A program made the position numbers and the translations under genes. A DNA stretch of 64,000 nucleotides from the NCBI GenBank assembly GCA_947085505.1, contig CAMTWI010000004.1:193800-257799 (forward strand), written 5' to 3'. The notes below the pieces were generated by a model that ran no database searches, had not been told where the DNA came from, and saw nothing but the letters and a program-made list of their open reading frames with translations. This stretch comes from an uncultured bacterium. Lineage in GTDB: Bacteria > Patescibacteriota > Minisyncoccia > Phycocordibacterales > Phycocordibacteraceae. This document shows positions 43,882-53,123 of the stretch, piece after piece. The number at the start of each line of letters is the position of its first letter. Positions within the stretch are counted from its first letter, which is position 1.

Positions 43882-45540
43882 ATGACTGACACGCGACTAC
43901 TGGAGCGCTTGCGCGCTTCGATGAAAGGTGAGGTACTCGACGACGCGAAGACACGTGCGTTGTTTGCGCGTGACACGAGTATCTTCACGAAGACCCCCGA
44001 GATCGTGACTTATCCGAAGAATTCGGATGATGTCTCGGCGCTTGTGCGTACCGTACTTGGTGCTCGTAAGGACGGTATCAATGCCTCAGTTACGGCCCGC
44101 GCTGCTGGTACCTGTATGTCGGGCGGTCCGCTCACGGATTCCGTTGTTGCAGTGTTCACGAAGCATATGAACCGAGTGCTTGAAGTTGGGAGCGGCTTTG
44201 CGGTTACCGAGCCTGGCGTCTACTATCGCGACTTTGAGAAGGCAACCCTAGCCTCAAACCGCCAAATACTTCCCTCCTACCCAGCTTCGAGAGAACTGGC
44301 CGCAATGGGCGGTATTGTGAACAACGATTCAGGGGGCGAGCGGACACTCGAGTACGGCAAGACACGCAAGTACGTAGAAGAAGTAGACATCGTACTCTCG
44401 GATGGATCGAAAGTGACGTTTAATGCGAAGTCGAAAGAAGAACTCGAGCGCTTGTGTGCACTCGAGACTCTCGAAGGTCGCATATACCGCGACATACGAG
44501 CTCTACTCGCTAAAAATGCGGACGCCATCGAGAATGCTCGTCCGAAGGTGTCAAAGAATTCCGCGGGCTACGCGCTTTGGGAGATTGAAGACAAGGAAGC
44601 TGGCACGTTCAATCTTGCAAAACTTATTTGTGGCGCTCAGGGCACCCTCGCACTTACCACGAAAATGAAGCTCTCCTTGGTGCGTGAGCAAGGATATCGC
44701 TCAATGCTTATCATCTTCCTCGACGACATCACGCTTTTGCCCGACGTCGTACGAAAAGTACTTCCCTTCAATCCCGAATCATTTGAGTCGTATGACGACC
44801 ACACGTTTGAGCTGGCTATGAAGTTCCTGCCGCAAATGCTCTCGCAGATGGGCCTTATTGAAGCCACAAAGCTTGGACTCTCCTTTATCCCCGAACTGGG
44901 TCTGGTTATGAAGGGTGGTGTGCCCAAGCTCGTCCTTATGGCTGAGTTCTCGGAAGACACGCACCAGGAAGCCTTGTTTAAAGCAGGTGCTGCAAAAGCA
45001 ACGCTTGAGCCTCTGAATCTGCCAATGCGCATTGCCAGGGACGAGAAGGCAGCTGCAAAATACTGGAAGGTACGCCGTGAAAGTTTTGCACTCCTTCGAA
45101 AAAACGCGAAAGGTCTCTACGCAGCTCCCTTCATTGACGACTTCGTAGTACCGCCCGACTCATACCCTGAGTTTATGCCAGAACTGAATGCGCTTTTGGC
45201 TGAGTACGATCTTCTCTATACCATCGCGGGACACATCGGCAACGGGAACTTCCATATCATCCCGCTCATGGATCTTTCGGACCCGAAGGTGCGCGACATT
45301 ATTCTTGAGCTTTCTCCGAGGGTGTACGACCTTGTTATTAAATACGGCGGCTCCACAACAGGCGAGCATAACGACGGCATCATACGCACCCCATACCTCC
45401 CGCAGATGTTCGGAGATGAGATGGTTTCGCTCTTTGAGGAGACGAAACGCATTTTTGATCCTGAGAATATCTTTAACCCTGGCAAGAAGGTGAACGGCAC
45501 GTTCGCAGACATTGAACGCGACATGCTGAAGCAGGTATAA
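43882..45540 (+). CDS. FAD-linked oxidase/dehydrogenase (GlcD / D-lactate dehydrogenase family)
   Basis: N-terminal FAD_binding_4-like region (VTARAAGTCMSGGPL) and C-terminal GGSTTGEHNDG. TATACT lies 7 nt before the ATG. Confidence 0.75.
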   Translation: MTDTRLLERLRASMKGEVLDDAKTRALFARDTSIFTKTPEIVTYPKNSDDVSALVRTVLGARKDGINASVTARAAGTCMSGGPLTDSVVAVFTKHMNRVLEVGSGFAVTEPGVYYRDFEKATLASNRQILPSYPASRELAAMGGIVNNDSGGERTLEYGKTRKYVEEVDIVLSDGSKVTFNAKSKEELERLCALETLEGRIYRDIRALLAKNADAIENARPKVSKNSAGYALWEIEDKEAGTFNLAKLICGAQGTLALTTKMKLSLVREQGYRSMLIIFLDDITLLPDVVRKVLPFNPESFESYDDHTFELAMKFLPQMLSQMGLIEATKLGLSFIPELGLVMKGGVPKLVLMAEFSEDTHQEALFKAGAAKATLEPLNLPMRIARDEKAAAKYWKVRRESFALLRKNAKGLYAAPFIDDFVVPPDSYPEFMPELNALLAEYDLLYTIAGHIGNGNFHIIPLMDLSDPKVRDIILELSPRVYDLVIKYGGSTTGEHNDGIIRTPYLPQMFGDEMVSLFEETKRIFDPENIFNPGKKVNGTFADIERDMLKQV

Positions 45541-45612
45541 GCCAAAAGCGCTCCATTTTTCGTTCCCTGGACATAAAGAGGGCCCACCACGCTGGCGGAC
45601 CCTCCTTCACGT

Positions 45613-46152
45613 CTACAGGTGATGCTGAATCCACATCGCTACAAACAGATTGTAGGAACCGTGCAGGATCAGTATGGCGCAGATACCCTTGAGTGGCGTC
45701 CTACCGTACGAACCCCAGAGCAGAAACACAAAGGCAATAACGACGCCAATGAGTCCCTGGATAAACACGTTTCCTATACCTCCGTGAACAAATCCGAACA
45801 CGAAGGACGTGAGCACTACCAGCACGAGCGCGGCAGCAAGCGGTGGGGTTGTTTTCCAGAAAATCCCCCATACACCCCACAGTAACCCGAACGGTACCAC
45901 GCGATAGAGGAATTCTTCTCGCAGCGGCGTGATAACAAACGAGCGTAGGGCTATGTCATGAACCCCTCTGGCGTGAAGCTCGAGCGCGTAGTTGCGCGTT
46001 CTGCTCGAGATGGATAGCTCTGGGGCGAGCCATACCACAAAGTCTCTTCCGTAGGCTGCAAGGTTCCAGCAAAAGAACACGAGCACCGGAAGAGAGCAGA
46101 GAAACAGCCAGAATGGTGCGCCGGCCAAAAGCCGGTTTCGTATCCTTTGCAT
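45613..46152 (-). CDS. CPBP (CAAX) family intramembrane glutamic protease
   Basis: REEFLYRVVPFGLL (EExxxR) and FGFVHG motifs. GGAGGAG SD. Confidence 0.75.
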   Translation of the reverse strand: MQRIRNRLLAGAPFWLFLCSLPVLVFFCWNLAAYGRDFVVWLAPELSISSRTRNYALELHARGVHDIALRSFVITPLREEFLYRVVPFGLLWGVWGIFWKTTPPLAAALVLVVLTSFVFGFVHGGIGNVFIQGLIGVVIAFVFLLWGSYGRTPLKGICAILILHGSYNLFVAMWIQHHL

Positions 46153-46308
46153 TGTCTCCTCCGAAAGTTGCTGTACTTGTTCTACTGTATCACTTGATCT
46201 TGAGCTGCCAAATCTGTGCCTAGCTTGCTTAGCATTCGTCTATGCGCACCCAAGCATCTTGTTGTGTACACGCATCAAACTCTCTAACGACACATGTAGC
46301 GTCGTGCA

Positions 46309-46317
46309 TGGTAAATT
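46309..46317 (+). promoter_or_regulatory. extended -10 (TGgTAAATT) 6 nt before ATG 46324
   Basis: Read directly. Confidence 0.45.
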
Positions 46318-46323
46318 ACGTGC

Positions 46324-47022
46324 ATGAACGAAGAACAGTTCAAGGCGCACGAAGCCTTGGTTAAGGAATTGAACGATCCAGCGTTACGCGCGGAGTATGC
46401 GCGCACCTATGACAACTACAAGCCAGGTATTGTTGCGCGGCTCCTCGGCTATCTTCTCGTTGGTTCAGGAACGCTCGTATACGGAAAGAAGCCTTCCTAT
46501 TCAAAGTTCAAGGCCATTGAGGTTATCGCCCGCATCCCCTACCAGTCCTGGGAGGTTGCAACATATACCCTCCTTACGGGGCTTTACTCAAACGAGAAGC
46601 GCGCTATTGAACTTACGAAGACCAGCACCTTTTCCAGAGAGGCACAGGACAACGAGACCCTGCATGTCGTTGTATTGGCGCAGATCTGCAAACGCCTTAA
46701 GTGTGACGGCTTCTTCCGCCATTTCCTTATCCCAATCCTATTTGCGTTCTTCTACTTCTGGACCATCTACATTCTCTACATGCTCTCTCGCCGTTCTGCG
46801 CTCGAACTTAATTACATCTTCGAGAATCATGCATACCATCAGTACCAGCAGTTCCTAGTTGAAGATGGAGAGCGCCTTAGAGACACGCCAGTGTATTCAG
46901 AGTTTCTTACATTCTACGGACGCAATCCGCGCAACGAATATGAGCTTTTCGAGCTGATTAGAAACGATGAGTTGGTGCACCGAAATCGTTCGATACGGGA
47001 GCTGCAGGCGAAGAAGGGATAA
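46324..47022 (+). CDS. alternative oxidase (AOX/PTOX)-like membrane di-iron carboxylate protein
   Basis: The four motifs appear in the canonical AOX order: AIEVIARIPY (E), EAQDNETLH (ExxH), FENHAYH (E) and NDELVHRN (ExxH). There are also hydrophobic membrane-associating segments. Confidence 0.6.
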   Translation: MNEEQFKAHEALVKELNDPALRAEYARTYDNYKPGIVARLLGYLLVGSGTLVYGKKPSYSKFKAIEVIARIPYQSWEVATYTLLTGLYSNEKRAIELTKTSTFSREAQDNETLHVVVLAQICKRLKCDGFFRHFLIPILFAFFYFWTIYILYMLSRRSALELNYIFENHAYHQYQQFLVEDGERLRDTPVYSEFLTFYGRNPRNEYELFELIRNDELVHRNRSIRELQAKKG

Positions 47023-47028
47023 AGAAAA

Positions 47029-47054
47029 GGCCGTCCACGCGAACGCGGACGGCC
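47029..47054. terminator. hairpin between convergent genes
   Basis: ggccgtcc-acgcgaacgc-ggacggcc, with an A-rich run on the 5' side. Confidence 0.5.
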
Positions 47055-47061
47055 TGGACTC

Positions 47062-47823
47062 TTAGATCTTGGGGAGAATTCCCGTCACGGAACCAGCATG
47101 GGCCGCCGACACGGTCTCTATGCACACGTCAACAGACAAGTCGACGGACCATTTCCCTTTTGCAACAACCTGCATAAACGGCACGTCAGTGAACTTGTCC
47201 GAAAAACTTGGACGGAATTCATCACCGACACACTCGATCTGAAGCGACCTACTGTTCACAAACCGTCTCCGGTGCGTAAGCAGCATGCAAGACGCTTCAA
47301 GCAACCCGAAGCCGTACTCGCTGGCGAGATACTCTCGCCGTACTTCAGCGGGCGATCTTCCACGATGGTGCCAGCCAAATTGGCCGTACACGATCCAGAG
47401 ATCGCCTGGCTGTTCAATGCGAAGGCGTTCATGGAATTCAGCCGTTCGTGCTGAGAGTCGCAGACAGGATTCAAGTTCCCTTCCACGTACGTGAATGCTC
47501 CTCAACCGGTCTTCGACCGAGGTACGGAGTTCTGCACGAGCCGTAATAAGGGCATCGAGCGTTGTTTCCACGGCCTTGGCATGGGTCCCGAAGAAATCGG
47601 GATTAACGATGCAGAACGGTGCTTCGAGCCAATCCGGATCTTCCGGATTAGAGTCGATACTCTTCGCTACGTTTAGTGCGGGTTCAGGATTGATTTCAGG
47701 CCAATAATCACAAAGGATCTTGATTTGCCGTTGTAAGTCCTTGGAACCATAGCTCAAAGGGTAACTGATCCGCTCTCTGCGGGCCCGTTGGGCTATTCCC
47801 GCGCGTGCGGATTGTGATGTCAT
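47062..47823 (-). CDS. hypothetical protein (253 aa)
   Basis: Start set to MTSQSARAG, with GGAG 8 nt upstream. No family recognised. Confidence 0.5.
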   Translation of the reverse strand: MTSQSARAGIAQRARRERISYPLSYGSKDLQRQIKILCDYWPEINPEPALNVAKSIDSNPEDPDWLEAPFCIVNPDFFGTHAKAVETTLDALITARAELRTSVEDRLRSIHVRGRELESCLRLSARTAEFHERLRIEQPGDLWIVYGQFGWHHRGRSPAEVRREYLASEYGFGLLEASCMLLTHRRRFVNSRSLQIECVGDEFRPSFSDKFTDVPFMQVVAKGKWSVDLSVDVCIETVSAAHAGSVTGILPKI

Positions 47824-48059
47824 TATGATTGCTCCAGTGCAAAAGAAGAACGATGTGAACCTCTCGCTAAAGAGGTGTCTGTTTGCATCATAACACATTT
47901 ACTATCTTTTTCAAATATCCTACATCCCTTATCCCCTTTCTGGCCATAGATTCATTGCGTTTCAGAGCTATTTGTCGCATACTGCGAATAACTCGCCGAA
48001 ACTCCAAATTGCTCCTAGCGTTCGGCATCAGCGAGGTTATCCAGGTATCCACAAGCCAC

Positions 48060-48428
48060 ATGGCAACATGCAAACTATATGTCGGCGGTATTCCATACCG
48101 CACGACCGAGGATGAGCTCCGCACTGCTTTCGAGGAAGCAGGTTCGGTTACATCCGCAAGCATTATCAGCGATCGTATGACCGGCCGCTCCCGCGGATTC
48201 GGCTTCGTCGAGATGGCATCCGAGGCCGAAGGCCAGGCTGCTATCGACCGTTGGGACGGCAAGGAGATGGACGGGCGTATGCTCTCCGTTTCCATGGCGC
48301 GCCCACAGGGCGACCGTCCTCCTCGCGAGGGTGGGTTCGGCGGCGGCAACCGTGGCGGTGACCGTGGCGGAAATCGCGGAGGCGGTTTCGGCGGTGGCGA
48401 TCGCGGAGGCTACCAGGGCGGCTACTAG
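48060..48428 (+). CDS. RRM-type RNA-binding protein with RGG/Gly-rich tail
   Basis: RNP2 KLYVGGI and RNP1 RGFGFVEM. C-terminal GGNRGGDRGGNRGGGFGGGDRGG. Start at ATG 48060 inside ORF 47883..48428. Confidence 0.85.
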   Translation: MATCKLYVGGIPYRTTEDELRTAFEEAGSVTSASIISDRMTGRSRGFGFVEMASEAEGQAAIDRWDGKEMDGRMLSVSMARPQGDRPPREGGFGGGNRGGDRGGNRGGGFGGGDRGGYQGGY

Positions 48429-48444
48429 TAGCTGACCTCACAAT

Positions 48445-48472
48445 AAAAGCCCCTCTTTATGAGGGGCTTTTA
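48445..48472. terminator. bidirectional terminator
   Basis: aaaagcccctc-tttat-gaggggctttt. Confidence 0.8.
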
Positions 48473-48476
48473 TTGT

Positions 48477-48929
48477 TTAGTCTTTCTTGTGTGTCACGTC
48501 TATCTTCTTGTCCTCCGCGTTCCAGCCAACCAAGTTTGAAAACACCTGGAAGAATGATGCGAGGGCCGCAATGGCAAGTATGAGCACGAGCGGCATGATG
48601 ACCTGAGGACTCGCACTGTATCCGACATATGCGAGGAATGCGAACCAAACACCCGTGCACCATGGGCATCCAAGCAAATCCTTAATGGTCCCAAGGAAGG
48701 TTCCCTCACGTGCGGAAGAGACCGCATCGCGCAGGAACTCGGTTATGTGGTCATACGTAAAGAGACGCACGAGACGGAACGTTGCAAGCGAGAGCAGAAT
48801 CAGGTCTGTCCATGGAATAGAGGTGGTAAGAAGGCCACGACCTGAGAGATAGATATAACTAAGTGCAACTAACCCGAGGAAGAACAGAGAGAAGATGATA
48901 TTCCAGAGTGCTTTCATACGGGCGAGCAT
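48477..48929 (-). CDS. DUF1360-like membrane protein
   Basis: TFRLVRLFTYDHITEFLR and CPWCTGVW motifs as I recall them for DUF1360. 4 TM helices. Confidence 0.55.
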   Translation of the reverse strand: MLARMKALWNIIFSLFFLGLVALSYIYLSGRGLLTTSIPWTDLILLSLATFRLVRLFTYDHITEFLRDAVSSAREGTFLGTIKDLLGCPWCTGVWFAFLAYVGYSASPQVIMPLVLILAIAALASFFQVFSNLVGWNAEDKKIDVTHKKD

Positions 48930-48979
48930 ACCATACGAGAAACGCCGCTCAGAGAGCGGCGTTTCTACAAAGACTGGCG

Positions 48980-49294
48980 TTACGCGAACGTAAAGCGGGA
49001 GGCCGTTAGGTTCGGGATGAAGTATCCCTTCTGTGGAACCGTAAGCGTTGAGGGTGTCGTTGCATTGCGTTCCGCAGAGCGCGCATAGACTGCAGGGGTC
49101 ACACGGCGAGCATAGATGCTCTCGTTAATTACAGAACGACCAGCAATAACCGCATCGACATCAAAACAGTCTTCCTGTTCAAGTCGGTGCGCATCGTCGA
49201 AGTGCTGAATACAGATCGACAGAATCGCGTTAACATCCTTACAGAGACGCTCGCGCACTACCTGTGGAGCTATCTTCTTAGTTGTCGTTTCCAT
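48980..49294 (-). CDS. hypothetical protein (104 aa)
   Basis: ORF trimmed to METTTKK. A terminator hairpin follows at 48940-48966. Confidence 0.45.
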   Translation of the reverse strand: METTTKKIAPQVVRERLCKDVNAILSICIQHFDDAHRLEQEDCFDVDAVIAGRSVINESIYARRVTPAVYARSAERNATTPSTLTVPQKGYFIPNLTASRFTFA

Positions 49295-49323
49295 AGGATT
49301 AACAATATACCACATACCTTAAT

Positions 49324-50097
49324 ATGTCAATAGCTCCTGAGGTGCCGGTATCCACGCAGGAAAAAACCCTGCTTTTGCGGGACAAATACAACGACAACCC
49401 TGAGGCAGATCTCTCAGAGGACCTAGCCCGGCTCGCAGCCGGAGAACCTTTGGCATATGTTATCGGGTGGATCCCCTTCCTCGGGTTACGCATTTCTCTC
49501 GATTCGCATCCGCTCATTCCGCGTCCGGAGACCGAGAGCTGGACTGAGGACTTGCACGCTCGTCTAAAGGAAAAGTTTGAAGACAAGCCGTTTACGTTTC
49601 TTGATCTATGTGCGGGGTCTGGGGCTATAGGACTCTCGGTACTCGCACGCTTCCCGGCTGCTCGGGTCCGCTTCAGTGAGCTTGTGTCTGCGCATTGCGA
49701 TCAGATCAGAAAAAACATCGAAGAGAACGATCTGGACGTATCCCGAGCTACCGTTCATATCGGCGATTTATTCGACGCTTTCCCAAAAGACCAATACTTC
49801 GATGTTATTGCGACGAACCCGCCGTATGTGCCAGAGACGCGCGCACTCGATGCAAGCGTTACAGACTTTGAACCTAAGGTTGCACTCTACGCCGGAAACG
49901 ATGGACTCGATCTTATCCGCCGAATTGCTGTTGAGACACCTCAAAGGCTCGAGGACGGGGGCGAGTTGTGGATGGAGTGTGATATCGACAACATCGAAGA
50001 GGCTAGACAAATGCTTATGAAGCATGGTGCCAAAGAGGCTACGATACGCAATGACGTGTATAGCAGGCCCCGGGTGTGCGTGGGATACTATTCGTAA
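49324..50097 (+). CDS. prmC: release-factor glutamine N5-methyltransferase PrmC/HemK
   Basis: SAM motif LDLCAGSGAIG and NPPY (ATNPPYV). Confidence 0.85.
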   Translation: MSIAPEVPVSTQEKTLLLRDKYNDNPEADLSEDLARLAAGEPLAYVIGWIPFLGLRISLDSHPLIPRPETESWTEDLHARLKEKFEDKPFTFLDLCAGSGAIGLSVLARFPAARVRFSELVSAHCDQIRKNIEENDLDVSRATVHIGDLFDAFPKDQYFDVIATNPPYVPETRALDASVTDFEPKVALYAGNDGLDLIRRIAVETPQRLEDGGELWMECDIDNIEEARQMLMKHGAKEATIRNDVYSRPRVCVGYYS

Positions 50098-50339
50098 TGC
50101 AATCAGATCCGCTCGTTCCGTTTGCTCCTCCGGCATTTCTCCAGACCGTGAATGTAGACCAAGTTGTCTCTGTTGTCTTTGCGCTCCTTTTCATTCTATG
50201 GGCGCTCTATACCCTCATCACGACGTACCACTGGCTCCGGTATGGACACCGGTCCTCGATTGCAATCCCGGCACTTATCACGCATGTGGTAGTGTCTGGA
50301 TTTTTGTCACTCTATGCCGTTAGCGGCTTCACTGGCTGA
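50097..50339 (+). CDS. small 2-TM membrane protein
   Basis: The ATG overlaps the prmC stop (TAATG). Hydrophobic helices. Confidence 0.55.
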   Translation: MQSDPLVPFAPPAFLQTVNVDQVVSVVFALLFILWALYTLITTYHWLRYGHRSSIAIPALITHVVVSGFLSLYAVSGFTG

Positions 50340-50340
50340 T

Positions 50341-50892
50341 ATGGAAGAGTTTCCACTAGATGCAGGAGAGCGTGTAAAGCGAACGGTACGAAAGCACTGG
50401 TTCGTGCTCATCGTCTCCTTCATTCCGTTTCTTCTTCTCGCCTGGCTACCGACGTTCATTCCGGGATTACTTATTAAGCTCGCGAGTGCGAGTCCGGAAT
50501 CTGCTGCGCTCTTTGGGCAGTTTACGCCTGAGAACCCATGGTTCCGTCTCTTCCTCGGATTGTGGTGGGTGTTCTTGTGGATAGGTGCATTCAATACGTT
50601 TACCCAGTACTACCTCAACCACTGGGTCATCACCACGACGCGTATCGTGCGCATCAGGCAGCATGGATTTTTTAATCGCGAGGTTTCAAGCTTCCTTCTT
50701 TCTCGAGTGCAGGACGTTACAACCGAAGTGAATGGTATTTTCGCTGATCTCTTAGGGTACGGCTCAGTTCGCGTCCAGACCGCCGGCACCGAGTCGAAAG
50801 ATTTCGTTATGTACGGCGTTGAAGATCCTACTGGTATGCGTGATCTCATAATGTCTGAGATTGCCGCTCTCCACAGCAAGACGGGCGTATAG
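50341..50892 (+). CDS. bacterial PH-domain (YdbT/bPH_2-like) membrane protein
   Basis: Two TM helices followed by a PH-like C-domain (ITTTRIVRIRQHGFFNREVSSFLLSRVQDV). Confidence 0.6.
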   Translation: MEEFPLDAGERVKRTVRKHWFVLIVSFIPFLLLAWLPTFIPGLLIKLASASPESAALFGQFTPENPWFRLFLGLWWVFLWIGAFNTFTQYYLNHWVITTTRIVRIRQHGFFNREVSSFLLSRVQDVTTEVNGIFADLLGYGSVRVQTAGTESKDFVMYGVEDPTGMRDLIMSEIAALHSKTGV

Positions 50893-50893
50893 A

Positions 50894-50921
50894 TTGCAAA
50901 TAGGGCGTTTTCTGGTATAGT
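50894..50921 (+). promoter_or_regulatory. sigma70-type promoter for small ORF 50950
   Basis: TTGCAA 50894-50899, 16-nt spacer, TATAGT 50916-50921. Confidence 0.5.
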
Positions 50922-50949
50922 TCATACAGACGCAACAAGGAGTGAATCG

Positions 50950-51123
50950 ATGTTTCGTGTAGCTTCATGGCCGCTTAGGTTTCAGGAGGTCTGGCAAATC
51001 TCCCTTTCGAAGCCTGTAGCGGTTCAGAAGACGTTCCTTTACCAACGTCTTCTCCATCGAGTGTCCTTCGTACGCTCAGGCGAGGGACAAGAGCTCAAAC
51101 CCATTGCGTGGGCGCAACCCTGA
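50950..51123 (+). CDS. 57-aa hypothetical protein (MFRVASWPLRFQEVWQISLSKPVAVQKTFLYQRLLHRVSFVRSGEGQELKPIAWAQP)
   Basis: AAGGAG 50937-50942 lies 7 nt before the ATG. Its own terminator follows. Below the ORF-track cutoff. Confidence 0.4.
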   Translation: MFRVASWPLRFQEVWQISLSKPVAVQKTFLYQRLLHRVSFVRSGEGQELKPIAWAQP

Positions 51124-51136
51124 GCTTGAACAAAGA

Positions 51137-51167
51137 CCCTGCCGGCATCCGTGTCGGCAGGGCTTTT
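51137..51167 (+). terminator. hairpin terminator
   Basis: ccctgccggc-atccgt-gtcggcaggg-c-tttt. Confidence 0.75.
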
Positions 51168-51171
51168 CATT

Positions 51172-51180
51172 TGCTAGAAT
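51172..51180 (+). promoter_or_regulatory. extended -10 (TGcTAGAAT) 6 nt before hisS ATG
   Basis: Read directly. It lies between the terminator and ATG 51187. Confidence 0.5.
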
Positions 51181-51186
51181 GAACGC

Positions 51187-52473
51187 ATGAGCGACAAACA
51201 ACCACTCTCCACAGAGCCCTACAAGGGCGTCCATGACTATTATCCTGAAGACTGGTCTAAGGCTCAGGCGATATTCAATACCATTCGTACGACACTTCGA
51301 AAGTCAGGCTTTGAGGAGTATCAGGCTTCGGTGCTTGAGCGTGCAGAGCTCTACGAGAGCAAGACCTCTGAAGAGATCGTAAACCAGCAGACCTATACCT
51401 TCGTTGATCGCGGAGACCGCCGCGTAACGCTGCGCCCGGAGATGACGCCTACCCTCGCGCGTATGGTTGCGGGACGTCGTCGCGAACTCGTGTTCCCTCT
51501 TCGCTGGTTCTCCATTGGGAACCGATTCCGCTACGAGCGTCCGCAAAAGGGTCGCTCCCGCGAGTTCTATCAGGCAGACGTTGATATCGTTGGTATCGAC
51601 GACGCTAAGGCTGAAGGCGAAGCCGTTGTTATGGCGTACGAGATACTGCGTGCGTTTGGTGCAACCAACAAGGACTTTCGCATCCGGATGAATTCTCGCG
51701 CACTCATGAATGCAGCAGCAAGTGCGCTTTCTTTAAATGCTGAGGATGCAGCGAGCTACCTTGCGCTCATCGACCGCAAGGACAAGATGCCTATTGAGGA
51801 GTTTGAGTCTTCTCGGGGAGCATTCCGCAGGAACGGCACTGATCCGCTTGAGCTTATCGAAGCCCGAAGCGACGAGAGCATTGACGCGGTGTACCGACAG
51901 TTCATGGCGCTTATTGAGAGCCTTAAGGCGCGTGGCATGGATAACGTAGTGTTTGACCCAACGGTTGTTCGCGGCTTCCTGTATTACACCGGACTGGTGT
52001 TCGAGGTCTTTGATACGAATCCAGAGAATCCGAGAGCGCTTCTTGGTGGCGGTAGGTATGACGGATTGGTATCGATGTTCGGAGACGAGACCATTCCAGC
52101 AATTGGTTTTGCTATTGGTATTGAGACACTTACCGACTTCCTGGGAACACATAATCTCCTACCCGCACTTCCTCCTCCAGCTGATATCTTCATTGGCACG
52201 CCGTCTGAGGCGAATATCGCTGACGCACAGGCAGTTGCTTCCATGTTTAGGGAGCATGGGTTGAACGTGCTCGTAAACGTATCCGGGAAGGGTCTTGGGG
52301 ACCAGGTGAAGGAAGCAGTACGTCGCGGTGTTCCCTACTTCGTAGCAATCGGCGAAGACGAGGCTCGGTTAAAGAAAGCGAAGCTAAAGACACTTGCTTC
52401 AAGCGAAGAGATTGAAATTGGTACCGATCTCATTCCAGCGCATATCTATAAGGTTCGGTCTGACGGTGCGTAG
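51187..52473 (+). CDS. hisS: histidine--tRNA ligase
   Basis: Class II motifs (RPEMTPTLARM, FRYERPQKGRSREFYQ, GGGRYDGL). Confidence 0.9.
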   Translation: MSDKQPLSTEPYKGVHDYYPEDWSKAQAIFNTIRTTLRKSGFEEYQASVLERAELYESKTSEEIVNQQTYTFVDRGDRRVTLRPEMTPTLARMVAGRRRELVFPLRWFSIGNRFRYERPQKGRSREFYQADVDIVGIDDAKAEGEAVVMAYEILRAFGATNKDFRIRMNSRALMNAAASALSLNAEDAASYLALIDRKDKMPIEEFESSRGAFRRNGTDPLELIEARSDESIDAVYRQFMALIESLKARGMDNVVFDPTVVRGFLYYTGLVFEVFDTNPENPRALLGGGRYDGLVSMFGDETIPAIGFAIGIETLTDFLGTHNLLPALPPPADIFIGTPSEANIADAQAVASMFREHGLNVLVNVSGKGLGDQVKEAVRRGVPYFVAIGEDEARLKKAKLKTLASSEEIEIGTDLIPAHIYKVRSDGA

Positions 52474-52474
52474 T

Positions 52475-53053
52475 ATGCGAGAGATAACGTTTGATATTGA
52501 AACATCTAACATCTTGCCTTCCTTGGCACGGCAGGACGTTACCCGTCTTGATTTAGCGGTCGTAGCGATTCATGACTCGGAAACTGGCGAGTACTCTTCG
52601 TATGACCAGAGCGAGCTTCCGAAGCTCTGGCCCATTATCGAAAAGGCAGACACATTAATTGGGTACAACTCTGATTCGTTTGATATTCCGCTTCTCAACA
52701 AGTATTACCCCGGAGACCTCACCAAGATCCGCTCCATAGACCTCATGGTTGAGGTGCAGAAGGTACTTGGAAGAAGGTTGCGTCTTCAGTCTCTTGCTGA
52801 GGCAACACTAAAGGTTGGCAAAAGTGGGAATGGTCTTGAGTCTGTGCGTTGGTGGAACGAAGGCCTCTACGAGAAGGTCCGTGAATACTGCATCCAAGAT
52901 GTAAAGATTACACGTGACCTTTATGACTGGGCGCTTGAAAAAGGCGCGCTGAAGTACAAGGACTTGAAGGATGTGCGGGATATCAAGCTCGATACCTCGA
53001 AATGGCAGGTAGCACCTGGACCAACTGGGTTCACTCATACGCTCGGATTGTAG
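52475..53053 (+). CDS. DEDDy-type 3'-5' exonuclease (RNase H-like fold)
   Basis: ITFDIETSN (DxE), GYNSDSFDIPLL and YCIQDVKITRDLY (YxxxD). Start at ATG 52475, 2 nt after the hisS stop. Confidence 0.65.
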   Translation: MREITFDIETSNILPSLARQDVTRLDLAVVAIHDSETGEYSSYDQSELPKLWPIIEKADTLIGYNSDSFDIPLLNKYYPGDLTKIRSIDLMVEVQKVLGRRLRLQSLAEATLKVGKSGNGLESVRWWNEGLYEKVREYCIQDVKITRDLYDWALEKGALKYKDLKDVRDIKLDTSKWQVAPGPTGFTHTLGL

Positions 53054-53123
53054 TTGCCTTTTAGGGTTTCTGTGCTATTTTCATAGCAGTAGTATCAATT
53101 GTTCACTTCCTGGAAGGCTTTCC

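Noticed and set aside
50894-51186. T-box riboswitch or attenuator leader upstream of hisS
   Set aside because: There is no GGGTGGNACCGCG-type T-box sequence, and I could find no convincing specifier loop or antiterminator pairing with the terminator 5' arm. The region is instead explained by an SD-led 57-codon ORF with its own terminator. hisS also has its own extended -10 box 6 nt before its ATG.
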